Shown: positions 28,521 through 41,062, counted from the first letter of the stretch. The stretch is 64,000 nt of DNA from Octopus bimaculoides (GCF_001194135.2 NC_068990.1:19418235-19482234), one strand, 5' to 3'. Translations and numbers: made by a program. Notes: generated by a model not told the origin, from the letters alone.

Positions 28521-28538
28521 AGCGACTTGTGTAACTCG
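28521..28538 (-). CDS. Candidate 18-nt micro-exon CGAGTTACACAAGTCGCT
   Basis: (TTC)n-cag acceptor, donor GCT|GTGAGT, length a multiple of 3, no stop in any frame. Confidence 0.35.
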
Positions 28539-28540
28539 CT

Positions 28541-29404
28541 GAAGAAGAAGAAGAAGAAGAAGAAGAAGAAGAAGAAGAAGAAGAAGAAGGAAGAGAAGAT
28601 GATGAAGAAGAAGGAAAAGATGAAGAAGACGAAGGAAAAGAAGATGAAGAAGAAGGAAAAGAAGGAAAAGAAAATGGAAGGAGAAGATGAAGAAGAAGAA
28701 AGATGAAGAAGAAGGAAGACGAAGAAGAAGAAGATGAAGAATAAGAAGGAAAAGAAGAAAGCAAAAAGAAGGAAAAGAAGGAAGATGAAGAAGGAGATGA
28801 AGAAGAGAAAGAAGATGAAGGAAAAGAAGAAGAAGAAGAAGAAGAAGAAGAAGAAGAAGAAGGAAGGCGAAAAAGAAGATGAAGAATAAGAAGGAAAAGA
28901 AGAAAGCAAAAAGAAGGTGAAGAAGGAGATGAAGAAGAAAAAGAAGGAAACGAAGAAGGAAAATAGAAGAAGAAGACGAAAAAGATGATGAAGAAGACGG
29001 AAACAAAGATGCTGAAGGAGAAGAAAAATATGACGAGGGCAATAATGATGATGATGATACCTGGTGATGCTGGTCGTGGTGTTGGTAATAATGATGGTGT
29101 TTTTGTCGATGATAATGATGATTGTGGTAGAGTTAATGATTGCGATGACAATAATGATTATGACGACGACCGTGTTGGAAATGACGACGATAATTATGTT
29201 TATGATGCTTCTGATGATTATAATGACCGTGATGATGATGATGATGATGATGATGATGGCGAGGATCATGATGATGATGATGGCAATGGTGAAAAACAAA
29301 TAATATAATCTAAAGTTTGTTGTTGTTCTTGTCTTTGTTGTCGTTGTTTGTTTTTGCTGCTGCCATTGTTGTTGTTGTTGCTGCTGCTGTTGTTGTTGTT
29401 GTTG
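28541..29404. repeat. Compound trinucleotide block: GAA-rich (~28541-28995), GAT-rich (~29040-29290), GTT/GCT (~29315-29404)
   Basis: Direct reading. Confidence 0.95.
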
Positions 29405-30278
29405 CCGAATCCAGCTGAAAGATACGCAAATAAATTGCTAGCAAATATCATAAAGCGAACAGATGCGATATAAATCGTAGCTCAGAGCAACAACATAGTT
29501 ATCATTCGTAAATAATAATGAAGACATAACGTCAAAGTACAGATCGTCAAAGTAGAGTGGTAGAGTGTCAAAGACAGAGAGAGAAAAAGAGAAGAGAGAA
29601 AGAAAGAGAGAATAGGAGAGAGAGAGGAAGAAAGAGAGGCGCTTTTATGGAAGATCAAGCAGTGTACCGGATATAATGTTCCTTTTAAAGACTTAGTTCA
29701 AATCTAGCTATAGTCGACTCCTCCTTTTATCATTCTTGGGGGCAAAAATGTAAGTAGTATTGAAATTCACTTTATCAAATGTTCTTCGCACGATTTGAAG
29801 ATGTTTACGGCTGCTGGAATTCAAGATTACAGTGTGTATGGGTACGCATAGGCATGTATGCATGCACGTATGCATGTATGTGAGTATGTTTGTAGGCAGG
29901 CATGTATGCATATATATATATATATATANNNNNNNNNNNNNNNNNNNNNNNNNNNNNNNNNNNNNNNNNNNNNNNNNNNNNNNNNNNNNNNNNNNNNNNN
30001 NNNNNNNNNNNNNNNNNNNNNNNNNNNNNNNNNNNNNNNNNNNNNNNNNNNNNNNNNNNNNNNNNNNNNNNNNNNNNNNNNNNNNNNNNNNNNNNNNNNN
30101 NNNNNNNNNNNNNNNNNNNNNNNNNNNNNNNNNNNNNNNNNNNNNNNNNNNNNNNNNNNNNNNNNNNNNNNNNNNNNNNNNNNNNNNNNNNNNNNNNNNN
30201 NNNNNNNNNNNNNNNNNNNNNNNNNNNNNNNNNNNNNNNNTATATATATACATTTGTATAATTATATGTATGCATGTT

Positions 30279-30310
<32 letters not shown>

Positions 30311-30790
30311 TATATACATGTATAAATATATTCATGCGTGTATATATATATATATATATACACACATACATACAGTGTATATATTCATACAGATTGAGGG
30401 ACAAAAAGTGAGAGTAAAAGTGATAGCAAAAGTCAGTAAAATGGCGAAAACTTTAGAGAAATGCTTAAAACGTTCATTCATTATTGACTTGCGTGGTTTT
30501 AACTCCTGATTTCAAAATCTGCCGCTGTCGATTTTTATTTACGTCATTTCGGTATTTACATCATTCCGGTATGAAGAACATAAATGACAGTTCAATATAC
30601 GCTTCTACGAAATGCTTAGCCATTTGTGATTGTCAGAGTACGTTATATTTTAATATATTTTTCGGAGGAATTTAGCTTTTGCAAGAAGCGTTCAGTGTAG
30701 CACCAACGTAAAAAAGCAGCAATATCAAAAGAGTGACTTATCATCATCATCATCTCTCTGTTTCTCTCTATCCCTCTACACACACGCACG

Positions 30791-30840
<50 letters not shown>

Positions 30841-31206
30841 NNNNNNNNNNNNNNNNNNNNNNNNNNNNNNNNNNNNNNNNNNNNNNNNNNNNNNNNNNNN
30901 NNNNNNNNNNNNNNNNNNNNNNNNNNNNNNNNNNNNNNNNNNNNNNNNNNNNNNNNNNNNNNNNNNNNNNNNNNNNNNNNNNNNNNNNNNNNNNNNNNNN
31001 NNNNNNNNNNNNNNNNNNNNNNNNNNNNNNNNNNNNNNNNNNNNNNNNNNNNNNNNNNNNNNNNNNNNNNNNNNNNNNNNNNNNNNNNNNNNNNNNNNNN
31101 NNNNNNNNNNNNNNNNNNNNNNNNNNNNNNNNNNNNNNNNNNNNNNNNNNNNNNNNNNNNNNNNNNNNNNNNNNNNNNNNNNNNNNNNNNNNNNNNNNNN
31201 NNNNNN

Positions 31207-31246
<40 letters not shown>

Positions 31247-34076
31247 ATGTGTGTAAATTTAAATAATAATGGTGAAAAATCGAATATTAATTTGATGAAT
31301 ATCAATTTAAAACCAGTGGCCTAGCATATTGAAAAAATCTGAAGGTTCAGAAAAATTATATTACAAATATATAAGAAGGATGACCACTAATTGGACATTC
31401 ATTATGCTAGATGTAGACCCCATATGGTTTGACCACTAAGAAAGGATTGTTACATATACCGATTTGAAAAAGTTTCTTTCCGTGGTAGAAGTTTAAGTGT
31501 GGTACATGTTACTCGATGTGCGATTTATGTGAAAATAGTATTCTTTTTTTTCCTGTCTACGAAGAGAACAGCATAATGTAATCATGTGTTTAATGTTGCC
31601 CGACGAAAAGTTTATATCTCTTTCCTAGTAGAGTGAATTGACTGAGAGACCCAAGGATTTATGAAACAATCGATTCTTAATTGATGAAATACTAACGAAT
31701 TTACTAATAATAAACATAGAACCAGTGCGTGCGTTTATAATTAGCATAGTACTCAATCCATTCCAAGATGCATCAAAATGTATCCCAACACGCGAATTCA
31801 CTTTAAAAATCTTACAAACAAAAAAAAACACGATATGGTGTTTAACTATTTTTTATTTACGATTTTATTAAATGTTATGTACTGCATTCGTAATATATAC
31901 ATACACACACATACTGAGACACACTAATGCAGATACACATGCATACACACACCCTTACACGCATGTATATATTCTTTTCCGTATTAATCTTTCAAGCTGT
32001 TGATGTGAAATCCTGTGTTGAAGCAGATACTGTTTTACAGCTGATGGGTCATGTTGCCTTTTAAATCCCACGCACTAGTTGTATTTCCCTGCAGTTTTAT
32101 TATCAAATTAATTGGGTAATTAGTTAGTTAATTAATTAAATAATTAATTTGTTAAAATCATTTTTCCTTTCGTCTGTGAAAATTATCGATATCGATGTAC
32201 CCTTCCTTCGCTATCACACGCACACTTGTTATTCTCTTCATTCTGTGTAACATAATTTTCTTTCAACTACTTATATCTACAATGTGTGCATATTCATGAT
32301 TTTCACCAAGTACAGTGGTGGTGAAATGTAAACAGATTTTATGGTGACTCCCGTTGTGTCTGTGTGTAGGACGCGTGAATTTGTATTGCCCTGCAGGGGA
32401 CTTATAGATTTGAAACTTTAGGCTACACAATACCACACCGTATATTCGTAAGTGTAAATGGGTGCATATGTATATATGAGACTATGGATTTCTTTTTGCG
32501 TACATTTGTTTCCTATGGCTTCAGAGTAGTTGTTACTTTGTATATATTTTCCATTCGTGTCTAAGTACTAAGAGTCAGTGGTATCCATCGAAATATTCAA
32601 GTGTATTCATGTGCATTTCAAGTGTATTCATGTATATATACATAGAAAACAATACACACGAGTTGCACACACACACATACACACACACATACACTGATAC
32701 ATTTATGTATGAACGCATTCATATATGCATTCATACATAAATACATATATGCATGTACACATGAATATATGCGCATGTGTATACGTCATATTTTATTTCG
32801 TTATTTTCTCTATTGTCATACTCTGGTGCTCAACAAGAGGATATTCAGACGCACTAAAATATCTTGGATTAAAACGCCATATTAGGGCCTTTATTGTGGT
32901 GGGTGTAATATTGGTTTTGGTGTCGGCTGCTGGATTATTAATCTCAGGATTGGGGTAATAAAGGTGGAATTTTCGTTATTCCTTTCCGGTATATATCTGA
33001 GGTATCTGCTTCGAATATCTTTATTGCTTTCGTACGTTGTCTAAATTTTGGGTGGTATTGATATGTAGAAAGGATTTTTACCCCTCATATTATTTTTACC
33101 AAAAGCTCATACGCATCTTTGTTGTGCTGGTAGAACATTGGTGCTGACTACACTTATTTTTGTTGCCTTGGTGCCGTTTCTACTCTCTGTATTACAGTAT
33201 TATAGAGCAACAGGTTGAATAGAGTATTGAAGCTGAGACATGTTAACGTACCACTACGTTTACTTATATATTTACGAAGTCTTGAAACAATACGAACATC
33301 TAAAATAAAAGTACTAGCATAAGAAGGCAGATACATTTAGATACTAAGCAACACGAATACCCATTCAAGAAAAAAGAATTTCTTTGTCTTACAATATCTT
33401 TGAAAATAAAGAAAAAAGGTTTACGAATTATTATATATTATGTATAGTCTGCATCACATTGCTATTGTAAGCATCGTATAGAATATACTATCTCTCTATT
33501 TTAAAAAAGTTTATTTGTAGTTATTTTTGCAAATTTGCAGTTGTTAGACACTAAAAAATTCTTTGATTGCTACGTTCAACTGTTCGGTAATCTCATGGAT
33601 GTGATTGGTTATACTACTATATTATATCGTTTAAAAGATTTCTTCAACATTAAAACTAGTTCACAGCTACTGACACCTCAAAAGGCATTATCTTCGAAAC
33701 TCTATTCAGTAGATTGCACTTTAAGAAAATGAGTGGGCTGTTTAGTTCAGCGTATAATTGAAATAGCCAGAATCCTTTAACTCTACTGAATTTTTTTTGT
33801 TTTTACTTTCTTTAACGCATCCATGCACTTGAACATTCCCACACTACAATCACCATATATTTCTCAGATGTGTGATGATATAACTTCAGGTTATTTGATT
33901 AGCAATTTGTTTTATGGAAAGCAGTACAACTTGAATGTGCCATTCCCTGAAATGCATTTATTTGAGAAGTGCACAAATATGTTTGTACATGAGTATATTT
34001 TTCATTTCTGTTTTTACTTTAAGAAAGAATTCAGAATGCTCTAGCCATATGGCGCGAGTTCTATCTATCTATCTAA

Positions 34077-34148
<72 letters not shown>

Positions 34149-34206
34149 TTCTCTGTATATATATATATATATATNNNNNNNNNNCTGTGCGTGTATACAC
34201 GTAATT

Positions 34207-34242
<36 letters not shown>

Positions 34243-34849
34243 AAGTAAATGTATGTATATGCATAAGTATGTATACATAAATATATCTATCCATATCTCT
34301 GTGTACAGACACACAGACACACACACGTACATACACATATACAGAGATATGGAGAGATCTTTACATGTATGTATTCATGTATATTATACAACAGAGCTGC
34401 ATATGATTTTCCATATTCATCCATAGATTTACAAGCACTTTAAAAACAATTTTCTGCTCAGAAGTGTTAAATAAGTGGATGAAAATACATTTATATCCTT
34501 GCTTTATCTATCTTTAAATAGCTAGGCAATGTCTATCTTTAGATAGCTAGGCAATGTCAGGCCATATGTTCAATTTCTTACGCCCACTATAGAATGATTC
34601 CAATTGTTGCTTCGCGCTTCCTTATCACCGCGATGTTGACACAAAATGCATCCCTTGGAATTCCAAGTTTTATTCAACTAAATTCAATCCACTCGTCCGT
34701 CATACAAATATCTATATAAAATCTGCAAGTATTCTGTTAGTATACTTAAAAAGAAGGAGATTAGCAGGAACGGCTAAGTGAATAGAATCTTCTATAGTGT
34801 TTAATTACGTATAATTAAATTTCCACTGATTTTGAGTGAAACTATGCTT

Positions 34850-35140
34850 ATTCCCTTGAAACTGCCTTGCTCCTCCCCTCCCAGGCTGGCGTAGACGAGC
34901 TGGAGGACAACTGAAGGCGTGGTTGGCAACGCTAAAGGTGGATGTGAAAGCACAGTCAAGCCTCCTCCGCATCTATGGTCTTCGGCATTAGGATCGTGAG
35001 AGGATATCCAGTACAGCCTGGATTGCGACCGACCGACCGACAAATGTGGTCAGCATTTGTGAAGGATATTTTGAGCTCGTTGGTCGGAGGCGGATCCACT
35101 CAGTCCGGGTGATATCTACTAGAAGTACATGTAAGTAACT
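34850..35140 (+). mobile_element. RTE-clade LINE 3' fragment
   Basis: GWRRRAGGQLKAWLATLKVD..RIYGLR; tail aagtacatgtaagta. Confidence 0.75.
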
Positions 35141-35184
35141 ATTCCCATGAAAATAGAATAAGTACAAGCCAAGTACGGGTTTTT

Positions 35185-35597
35185 TTTAACTTTAACCATG
35201 TCCCTTAGTGCTTCGCAATATATGCATCTTTGAGCACGACCAGAAGTAGTTGGGGAGCATCATAGCCATGTGTTCAGAGGGATTTATTTTTGGGGGTTTG
35301 AATTATTCACCTCTAGAAACATGGGTATTTCGTTCAACACCCTTAAACAACACTTTCTTATGGACCTCTTGAGTGGGATGGGCTACTCGACCTGAAGAAA
35401 ATTCTAACTGGGCCCCACCTGCAAGTTCATGTGGTGTTTATCTTGATACGAGATCCCCATGCCACGCACATATGTTTGCCGTGCATGTGCCTGGTGCACA
35501 CTTATCAGAAGGATAGTCATGCTTGATATACTGGGCTTCTATCCTATATTTTACCCTAGTGTCAGTTTGATGGTATACACTGTTCTCTAACTTAATG

Positions 35598-35673
<76 letters not shown>
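35185..35673 (+). mobile_element. Interspersed repeat ending in an (AAT)n tail, probable non-LTR 3' end
   Basis: GC-richer ~410-bp unit running directly into (AAT)~25; the family is recognised from memory only. Confidence 0.5.
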
Positions 35674-35675
<2 letters not shown>

Positions 35676-36000
35676 TCAGTACTTGTAGGGTCACTGGGAT
35701 CACTATCAACCAGTTACGAGAAATATGTCGGAGAAACCGGAATTGACATGAGAGCAGAGCAGGCCCAAAACAACTGCTCTGTTGGGGCAGGCTAGGATTT
35801 TGTGATTAGTGTTTGGGTGTTGAGTATATTCCGTGATGATTTAACATCCAGATATCAAAGCTTACCATTTGCGGAAAGAGATCTTGTCAGACCTCCGATA
35901 CGATAATAGATTACTCTCTGCTCTCACAAAATCAATTCGAACAATTAAGACCAAGAGAACTGAGAATATAGCAACAATTACAACAACAATGGCTGCAGCA
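35672..36000 (+). mobile_element. R4/Dong-type (RLE) LINE 3' fragment
   Basis: VLVGSLGSLSTSYEKYVGETGIDMRAEQAQ matches the VIVGALG..LEKY..Q KTALLG RLE C-terminus. Confidence 0.7.
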
Positions 36001-36044
36001 GCAACAACAAGAGGAACCATAATGCTTATATCTGATATAGACAC

Positions 36045-36222
36045 CAGGCCCTGAATTTTGGGGGAGGTGGTATGTCGATTATATTAATTCTTGATTGGTA
36101 CTTATGTTCTCGACTCCGAAATGATGACAGGCAAAGTCGACCACAGCGGAATTTGAACTCAGAATGTAGCGACAAGCGAAATCCCGCTATGCATTACGCT
36201 CGGCGTGCTAACGATTCCGCAG
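36045..36222 (-). mobile_element. SINE family B
   Basis: ggcaaagtcgaccacagcggaatttgaactcagaatgt...cggcgtgctaacgattc. Confidence 0.85.
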
Positions 36223-36690
36223 TTCATATACCAATCACGTTTAACTGTTTTTATGGTATAAGCAGCGAAGAAAGGGCATCAGAGATAAAATGTACCAGAA
36301 AAGTCTACGACTGATTTTCAGAAGTGCAGGGCATGTTTGCATTCGAAATCACAGCACTAAATCAGTTAAATATTAAAAAGTAGGGGTTAAACCAGATGAA
36401 CATTTAGAAATACGATTTATATTATCGTATTTTGCAGGAAATACACCTACCCTTTCCCACAGCGATACCTGAAATTTGTCGCTTTATTGCGAAGGGGGGC
36501 AAATATTTGAATATTACGATTAATATAATTCAATAAAAAGTTTCCAATCTTATTAAGAAATTCACGTTCATACGAAAATATTTTTTATTGTTATTGTTTT
36601 CTGCATAAAATTCTGAAACGAAACTTTAATCTACGTTATAAGAGTAGAACGTGAAACACTGCTACTTTATACCGCCGGATCCATATTTTC

Positions 36691-36736
<46 letters not shown>

Positions 36737-36916
36737 TTCTTGTCATTTTTTAAACTTTTTCACTTACAAAGCACGCATGTTATATAAATATATACATATA
36801 TACAGAAGCAATATAAAAGATAGTAAAAAAAGGGGAGGGTAGTGTGTGAAATCTGGGATTGAGAGATATATTTCTGGAATGATAACGTTAGGATTTTGGT
36901 GATCTTTGAAATAACA

Positions 36917-36970
<54 letters not shown>

Positions 36971-37239
36971 TAAACACAGAAACACACACATACCCGCACA
37001 CAAACACACACATATGTATATCTATCCATCCATCCATCTATCTTTCTGTGTGTGTATGTGTGAGTGTGTCTCGGTGTGTGTATGTACATAAGTTGATCTA
37101 TTGTTTTCTTATGGCCTACCCTTGTTCCTCAGTAGTATTTTCCCACGAATCCGACTACAATTTTTAGGAAAAAGCGCTGCTTCGAGCGTTAACTCGAGGT
37201 TTATCTATTCTACGACTTTCTTCGCAATTCTCACCCAGG

Positions 37240-37279
<40 letters not shown>

Positions 37280-38549
37280 TAAATATATATATATGAATGT
37301 ATATACGTAGTTATACATACATATGACATGCATACATATATGCGTATGTATGTACGCATATACCTGTAATATGTATATATGTAAGCTTAAAGTTATATAG
37401 ATTGGTGATAAAAAAACACGATGTGAAAATACGATTGAGAATAGCATAAATGAGAATACACCGACAAACACATGTGAGGTTGCAACGAGATAGCTATGTC
37501 CATGCTAAGCATATTTCTAATATTTAAATTATAACATTAACAACCAGATGAATATTCGATAGCGTTCTTGCAAAAACATATCAATGGTGAATGGAATCTA
37601 ATTAAAGGTATGAAGAACATTTTAGCTTTCCAGATATTGTAACTTTTTATAATTTTACATTTGAAAACCTCTTAAAAATTATTCCATATGTTATTTCGTT
37701 TAACTTGCTTAACATATCGAATTACACATTGCGTTGTAACACCCTCCATGTGCACGTGTTCCTGTGCTTCTGCTTCTTTGTGTAAGTATATATATACATA
37801 TACATATATATANNNNNNNNNNNNNNNNNNNNNNNNNNNNNNNNNNNNNNNNNNNNNNNNNNNNNNNNNNNNNNNNNNNNNNNNNNNNNNNNNNNNNNNN
37901 NNNNNNNNNNNNNNNNNNNNNNNNNNNNNNNNNNNNNNNNNNNNNNNNNNNNNNNNNNNNNNNNNNNNNNNNNNNNNNNNNNNNNNNNNNNNNNNNNNNN
38001 NNNNNNNNNNNNNNNNNNNNNNNNNNNNNNNNNNNNNNNNNNNNNNNNNNNNNNNNNNNNNNNNNNNNNNNNNNNNNNNNNNNNNNNNNNNNNNNNNNNN
38101 NNNNNNNNNNNNNNNNNNNNNNNNNNNNNNNNNNNNNNNNNNNNNNNNNNNATATATATATATATATATATATAGATATACATACCTCAATTTATATAAT
38201 TGAATGTGTGCACGAGCGTATCTGTAAGCGCATGATCATACATGCACCACTCCTATATATGAGTTTTATTTTCATGTCCGCATACCGCATACAAGTATTG
38301 ATTTTATTTTGTCTTTATTTATATTTGCTTTATTTGCAATATTTAACTGTCTTTTTTTTATAATTTTCCAACCAACCAACTTATATTATTTCCTACAATT
38401 GTTCTGCATTTTGATTCATTTCATGTTGAAGGATACACAGTATAATATATTGTCGGTGAAATATATTCCTCATACTGACGTCGCCTTAGAAATATAATAC
38501 GTATTAGATAAATGAACAATCCAAATATATATATATGTATATGTATATA

Positions 38550-38832
38550 ATGGTATTCTTATATAAGCTTAAAGCTCATGGCGATCACCGTGCAATGACT
38601 AACGAAAACAGTGTGATAAAGGGGCAGATAAGATCTCGACAAAAAATAGGCTTTCCTATCCGCGTGGGAGTCGAACACACATCCCTCTGTTAACACGACT
38701 AAGTGTGTTACCTTTACACCAGCGAATTAGCGTCACCATTTCTAAGGCTTATATGCCCCTTAATTAGACTATATTTTTCTTAGTTATTGCACGGCGATTT
38801 CCATATGCTTTAAGCTTATATAAAAATACCAT
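38550..38832. mobile_element. MITE-like element with ~83-bp imperfect TIRs enclosing a tRNA-like Pol III unit
   Basis: 38550-38632 is the reverse complement of 38748-38832 (atggtatt..tatataagcttaaagc..ccgtgcaat.actaa..aaggggca.ataag). Confidence 0.75.
38641..38727 (-). ncRNA. tRNA-like Pol III cassette with hairpin and T6 terminator; not a canonical tRNA
   Basis: A box TGGTGTAAAGG, B box GTTCGACTCC, then ATAGG-aaag-CCTAT followed by a T6 run; acceptor and anticodon stems do not close properly. Confidence 0.55.
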
Positions 38833-39099
38833 CGTTATTATTTACATGGTTGTAAACAAGGCGCCGTATAAAGAACCAATAGCAACGATATATATGTGTG
38901 TGTGAATTTAATTTACGACTGTGTTAGGAATTAGCTAATTCTTCGTCACATGATCCATGCTTCTGCCAATTGTTTTAGATGCTTGTATAATGGAAAGTAG
39001 TCAAAAATGCCCGCAGTATTTGCCCCTGTGTTATAGCATAGGATATAAAGCTGGGGGGGGGGAAATACTACCTCTTTTCACTGGTGCTCTACTTCATCT

Positions 39100-39220
39100 G
39101 ATTGCGCAGGAACAACGTAATGTGAACCCGTTTGCTCAAGTACAGAGCGTGCGCTTCAGTTTCAGGATCGAACCCACAGCCTTATGACTGCAAGTTAATG
39201 CAATACCCACTACGTCACAA
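39100..39220 (-). mobile_element. SINE family D, degenerate head
   Basis: caacgtaatgtgaa..tttgctcaag..ggatcgaacccacagcc. Confidence 0.55.
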
Positions 39221-39550
39221 ATTAACTTTGTTTCTACAAGATGCGACAGATGAAACAAAGTCCCATATTTTACAGGTAGACAAAAGGCAAAGGTTTTTAA
39301 ATTACACTTAAATTAAAGTTAACCTAAAAGAATACAGTTTGTTGATCTCAATTTCGGAAATGATATCTTCCAAATAGTTGCCTCTAATCACTATTCCCTC
39401 TTATAGTCGATCTCTGAAGTTTTCCACCAACTAGTGAGTCATTTTCGGCGGTAATTCTTCCGTAATATTATTATTTTTCTGTTTGTTTGTTTGTTTGTTT
39501 TCAGTCCACAGTTATTGGATTTTCGGTCGGGAACGGCATCATTTTTTAAT

Positions 39551-39646
39551 TTAGCCCGAAATGAATTGAAACGTTCTCTGCATCTCAATCACAGACCTTC
39601 CAGTCTTCATAAAATATAGTAGCAAATGTTCCAGACGGTGATGTAA
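39551..39646 (-). CDS. Candidate terminal exon 13 (LHHRLEHLLLYFMKTGRSVIEMQRTFQFISG*)
   Basis: Acceptor cgtttttttacag after a 61-nt intron; another frame reads TSPSGTFATIFYEDWK, so the frame is uncertain. Confidence 0.3.
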   Translation of the reverse strand, partial: LHHRLEHLLLYFMKTGRSVIEMQRTFQFISG

Positions 39647-39707
39647 CTGTAAAAAAACGATTATAAATTCATGAAGTTACATGAGGCAGAGAACAGGCCT
39701 CCCTAAC

Positions 39708-39763
39708 TTTATAAGTGGCACACCAATGGCCGTGTATAGTAAGAGAGGTTCTCCTATCATTCC
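39708..39763 (-). CDS. Candidate exon 12 (NDRRTSLTIHGHWCATYK)
   Basis: Strong acceptor ttctcttattttgcactatacag; donor AAA|GTTAGG (alternative CAT|GTAACT at 39681). Confidence 0.4.
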
Positions 39764-40086
39764 CTGTATAGTGCAAAATAAGAGAACATACACATGAAGA
39801 ATTAATTTGTCATAAATATTAAACATTGCCCATAGAATAATAGTGTGCCTGCTGACAATTCTTATCCGTACACGATTAATTTTTTTTTTTACGACAAAAG
39901 ACACATAATTCGGACTTTTATGTATTCAAATCCGTCTTTAACTTTTTTCCTTAGAAAAATTGGCTGTCATTTTTTTAGACATATGCATTGTAGATGTGCT
40001 AACGTGTTAATTGCAAATGCAGTATTATTGAGCACTCCAGGTATTTTCAGAATTTATCTTTATCAAACTCTTTCTAATACTAATAC

Positions 40087-40158
40087 CTGATTCTTCATCG
40101 TCTTTGTCCTCATTCTCCTCATCGTTGTCGTTGCCGTTAGTATCCTCCACACAGTTTC
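40087..40158 (-). CDS. Candidate acidic exon 11 (NCVEDTNGNDNDEENEDKDDEES)
   Basis: tttacag acceptor, donor CAG|GTATTA, 72 nt, phase 1->1, 149-nt intron from exon 10. Confidence 0.45.
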
Positions 40159-40307
40159 CTGTAAATACCTTGAGGCTGATACATATTTTCACAAGCTTGC
40201 ATATGATCTACATGTTTTATATCATATCATATAATATAAATGACCTAGTAGCTGTGTAATACTTTTAGTTTATCCTTTGTCGTTTAAGAGACTGACGCAA
40301 TACTCAC

Positions 40308-40422
40308 TGGAATAGACTATGTTAGGAATTAGAGCCGTTGATAGGTTTACTACTGCGAAAGTGTGATCACTTTTTTCTTCTCCTGATGCGCAATTTTCAC
40401 TGGTATTATCTATTTTCAGATC
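40308..40422 (-). CDS. Candidate exon 10 (DLKIDNTSENCASGEEKSDHTFAVVNLSTALIPNIVYS)
   Basis: Perfect donor CCA|GTGAGT; tandem acceptors tttcag (exon start 40429) and accacag (40422); continuity with exon 9 needs the second. Confidence 0.5.
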
Positions 40423-40654
40423 CTGTGGTCTGAAATAATTACAAATATTAACTAACATTTTCATAACGATGACTGTAGAACATCTGACAGTGTCTACTCA
40501 GATTCTTTTATTCTTTCATTCAGTCATGCTGGGCACCAATATATTGAATATTTTAATATCATTGTGAAACTGATAGCTTTATTCTGAGACGAGATTATGA
40601 AGTTCCAAACTTGTGCATTTTATAATATCTTTAATATTTACAAATATGACATAC

Positions 40655-40796
40655 ACGCGTTGGTGTGTCCACGTAACCTAGTGCTTCTAGAAAAGATACC
40701 GGTAGAATAATAACAGTTTTCGAAAGCCAATCAAATTCTGTGGTTGTTTCATACGCCTGCAGATTCTTCAAGACGGTGACCTAGTTTGGCCGTAGT
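40655..40796 (-). CDS. Candidate exon 9 (LRPN*VTVLKNLQAYETTTEFDWLSKTVIILPVSFLEALGYVDTPTR), in-frame TAG at 40781-40783
   Basis: Long pyrimidine tract ttttcttgcttttctttttggttgtttcattag, donor CGT|GTATGT; 42 open codons after the TAG; a second AG would start the exon at 40780. Confidence 0.5.
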
Positions 40797-41050
40797 CTAA
40801 TGAAACAACCAAAAAGAAAAGCAAGAAAAGATATATACATATGTGTGTGTATGTATGTGTGTTTATATATAGATATATAAGTTCCCACACACACACACGT
40901 GTGTGTGTGTGTGTATGTATTGTTTATATTCCTCTAAAAATAAAAATAGGCAACAATAGTTGCTGTTTAGAACCGTATCATACATATTTGGCTTCGATTA
41001 TTCGATTACTGAATTAAACAAGTAATGATGATGATGACAACAAAAACACA

Positions 41051-41062
41051 TAATAATAATGA

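Noticed and set aside
28419-29451. Long poly-S/F/L/D/M ORFs
   Set aside because: Translations of GAA/GAT/GTT microsatellites, open in several frames
29708-31305. ORFs containing X runs (also at 4.4, 11.6, 27.9, 37.8, 42.0, 46.1, 50.9 and 51.6 kb)
   Set aside because: N-gaps flanked by simple repeats; artefacts
32725-32958. Hydrophobic 77-aa ORF
   Set aside because: Starts in a microsatellite, lacks good splice sites, and no family is recognised; neighbouring minus frames contain stops
39520-39600. KLKNDAVP, a THAP-like tail on the minus strand
   Set aside because: Other THAP residues are absent or in different frames; kept only as a competing explanation for exon 13
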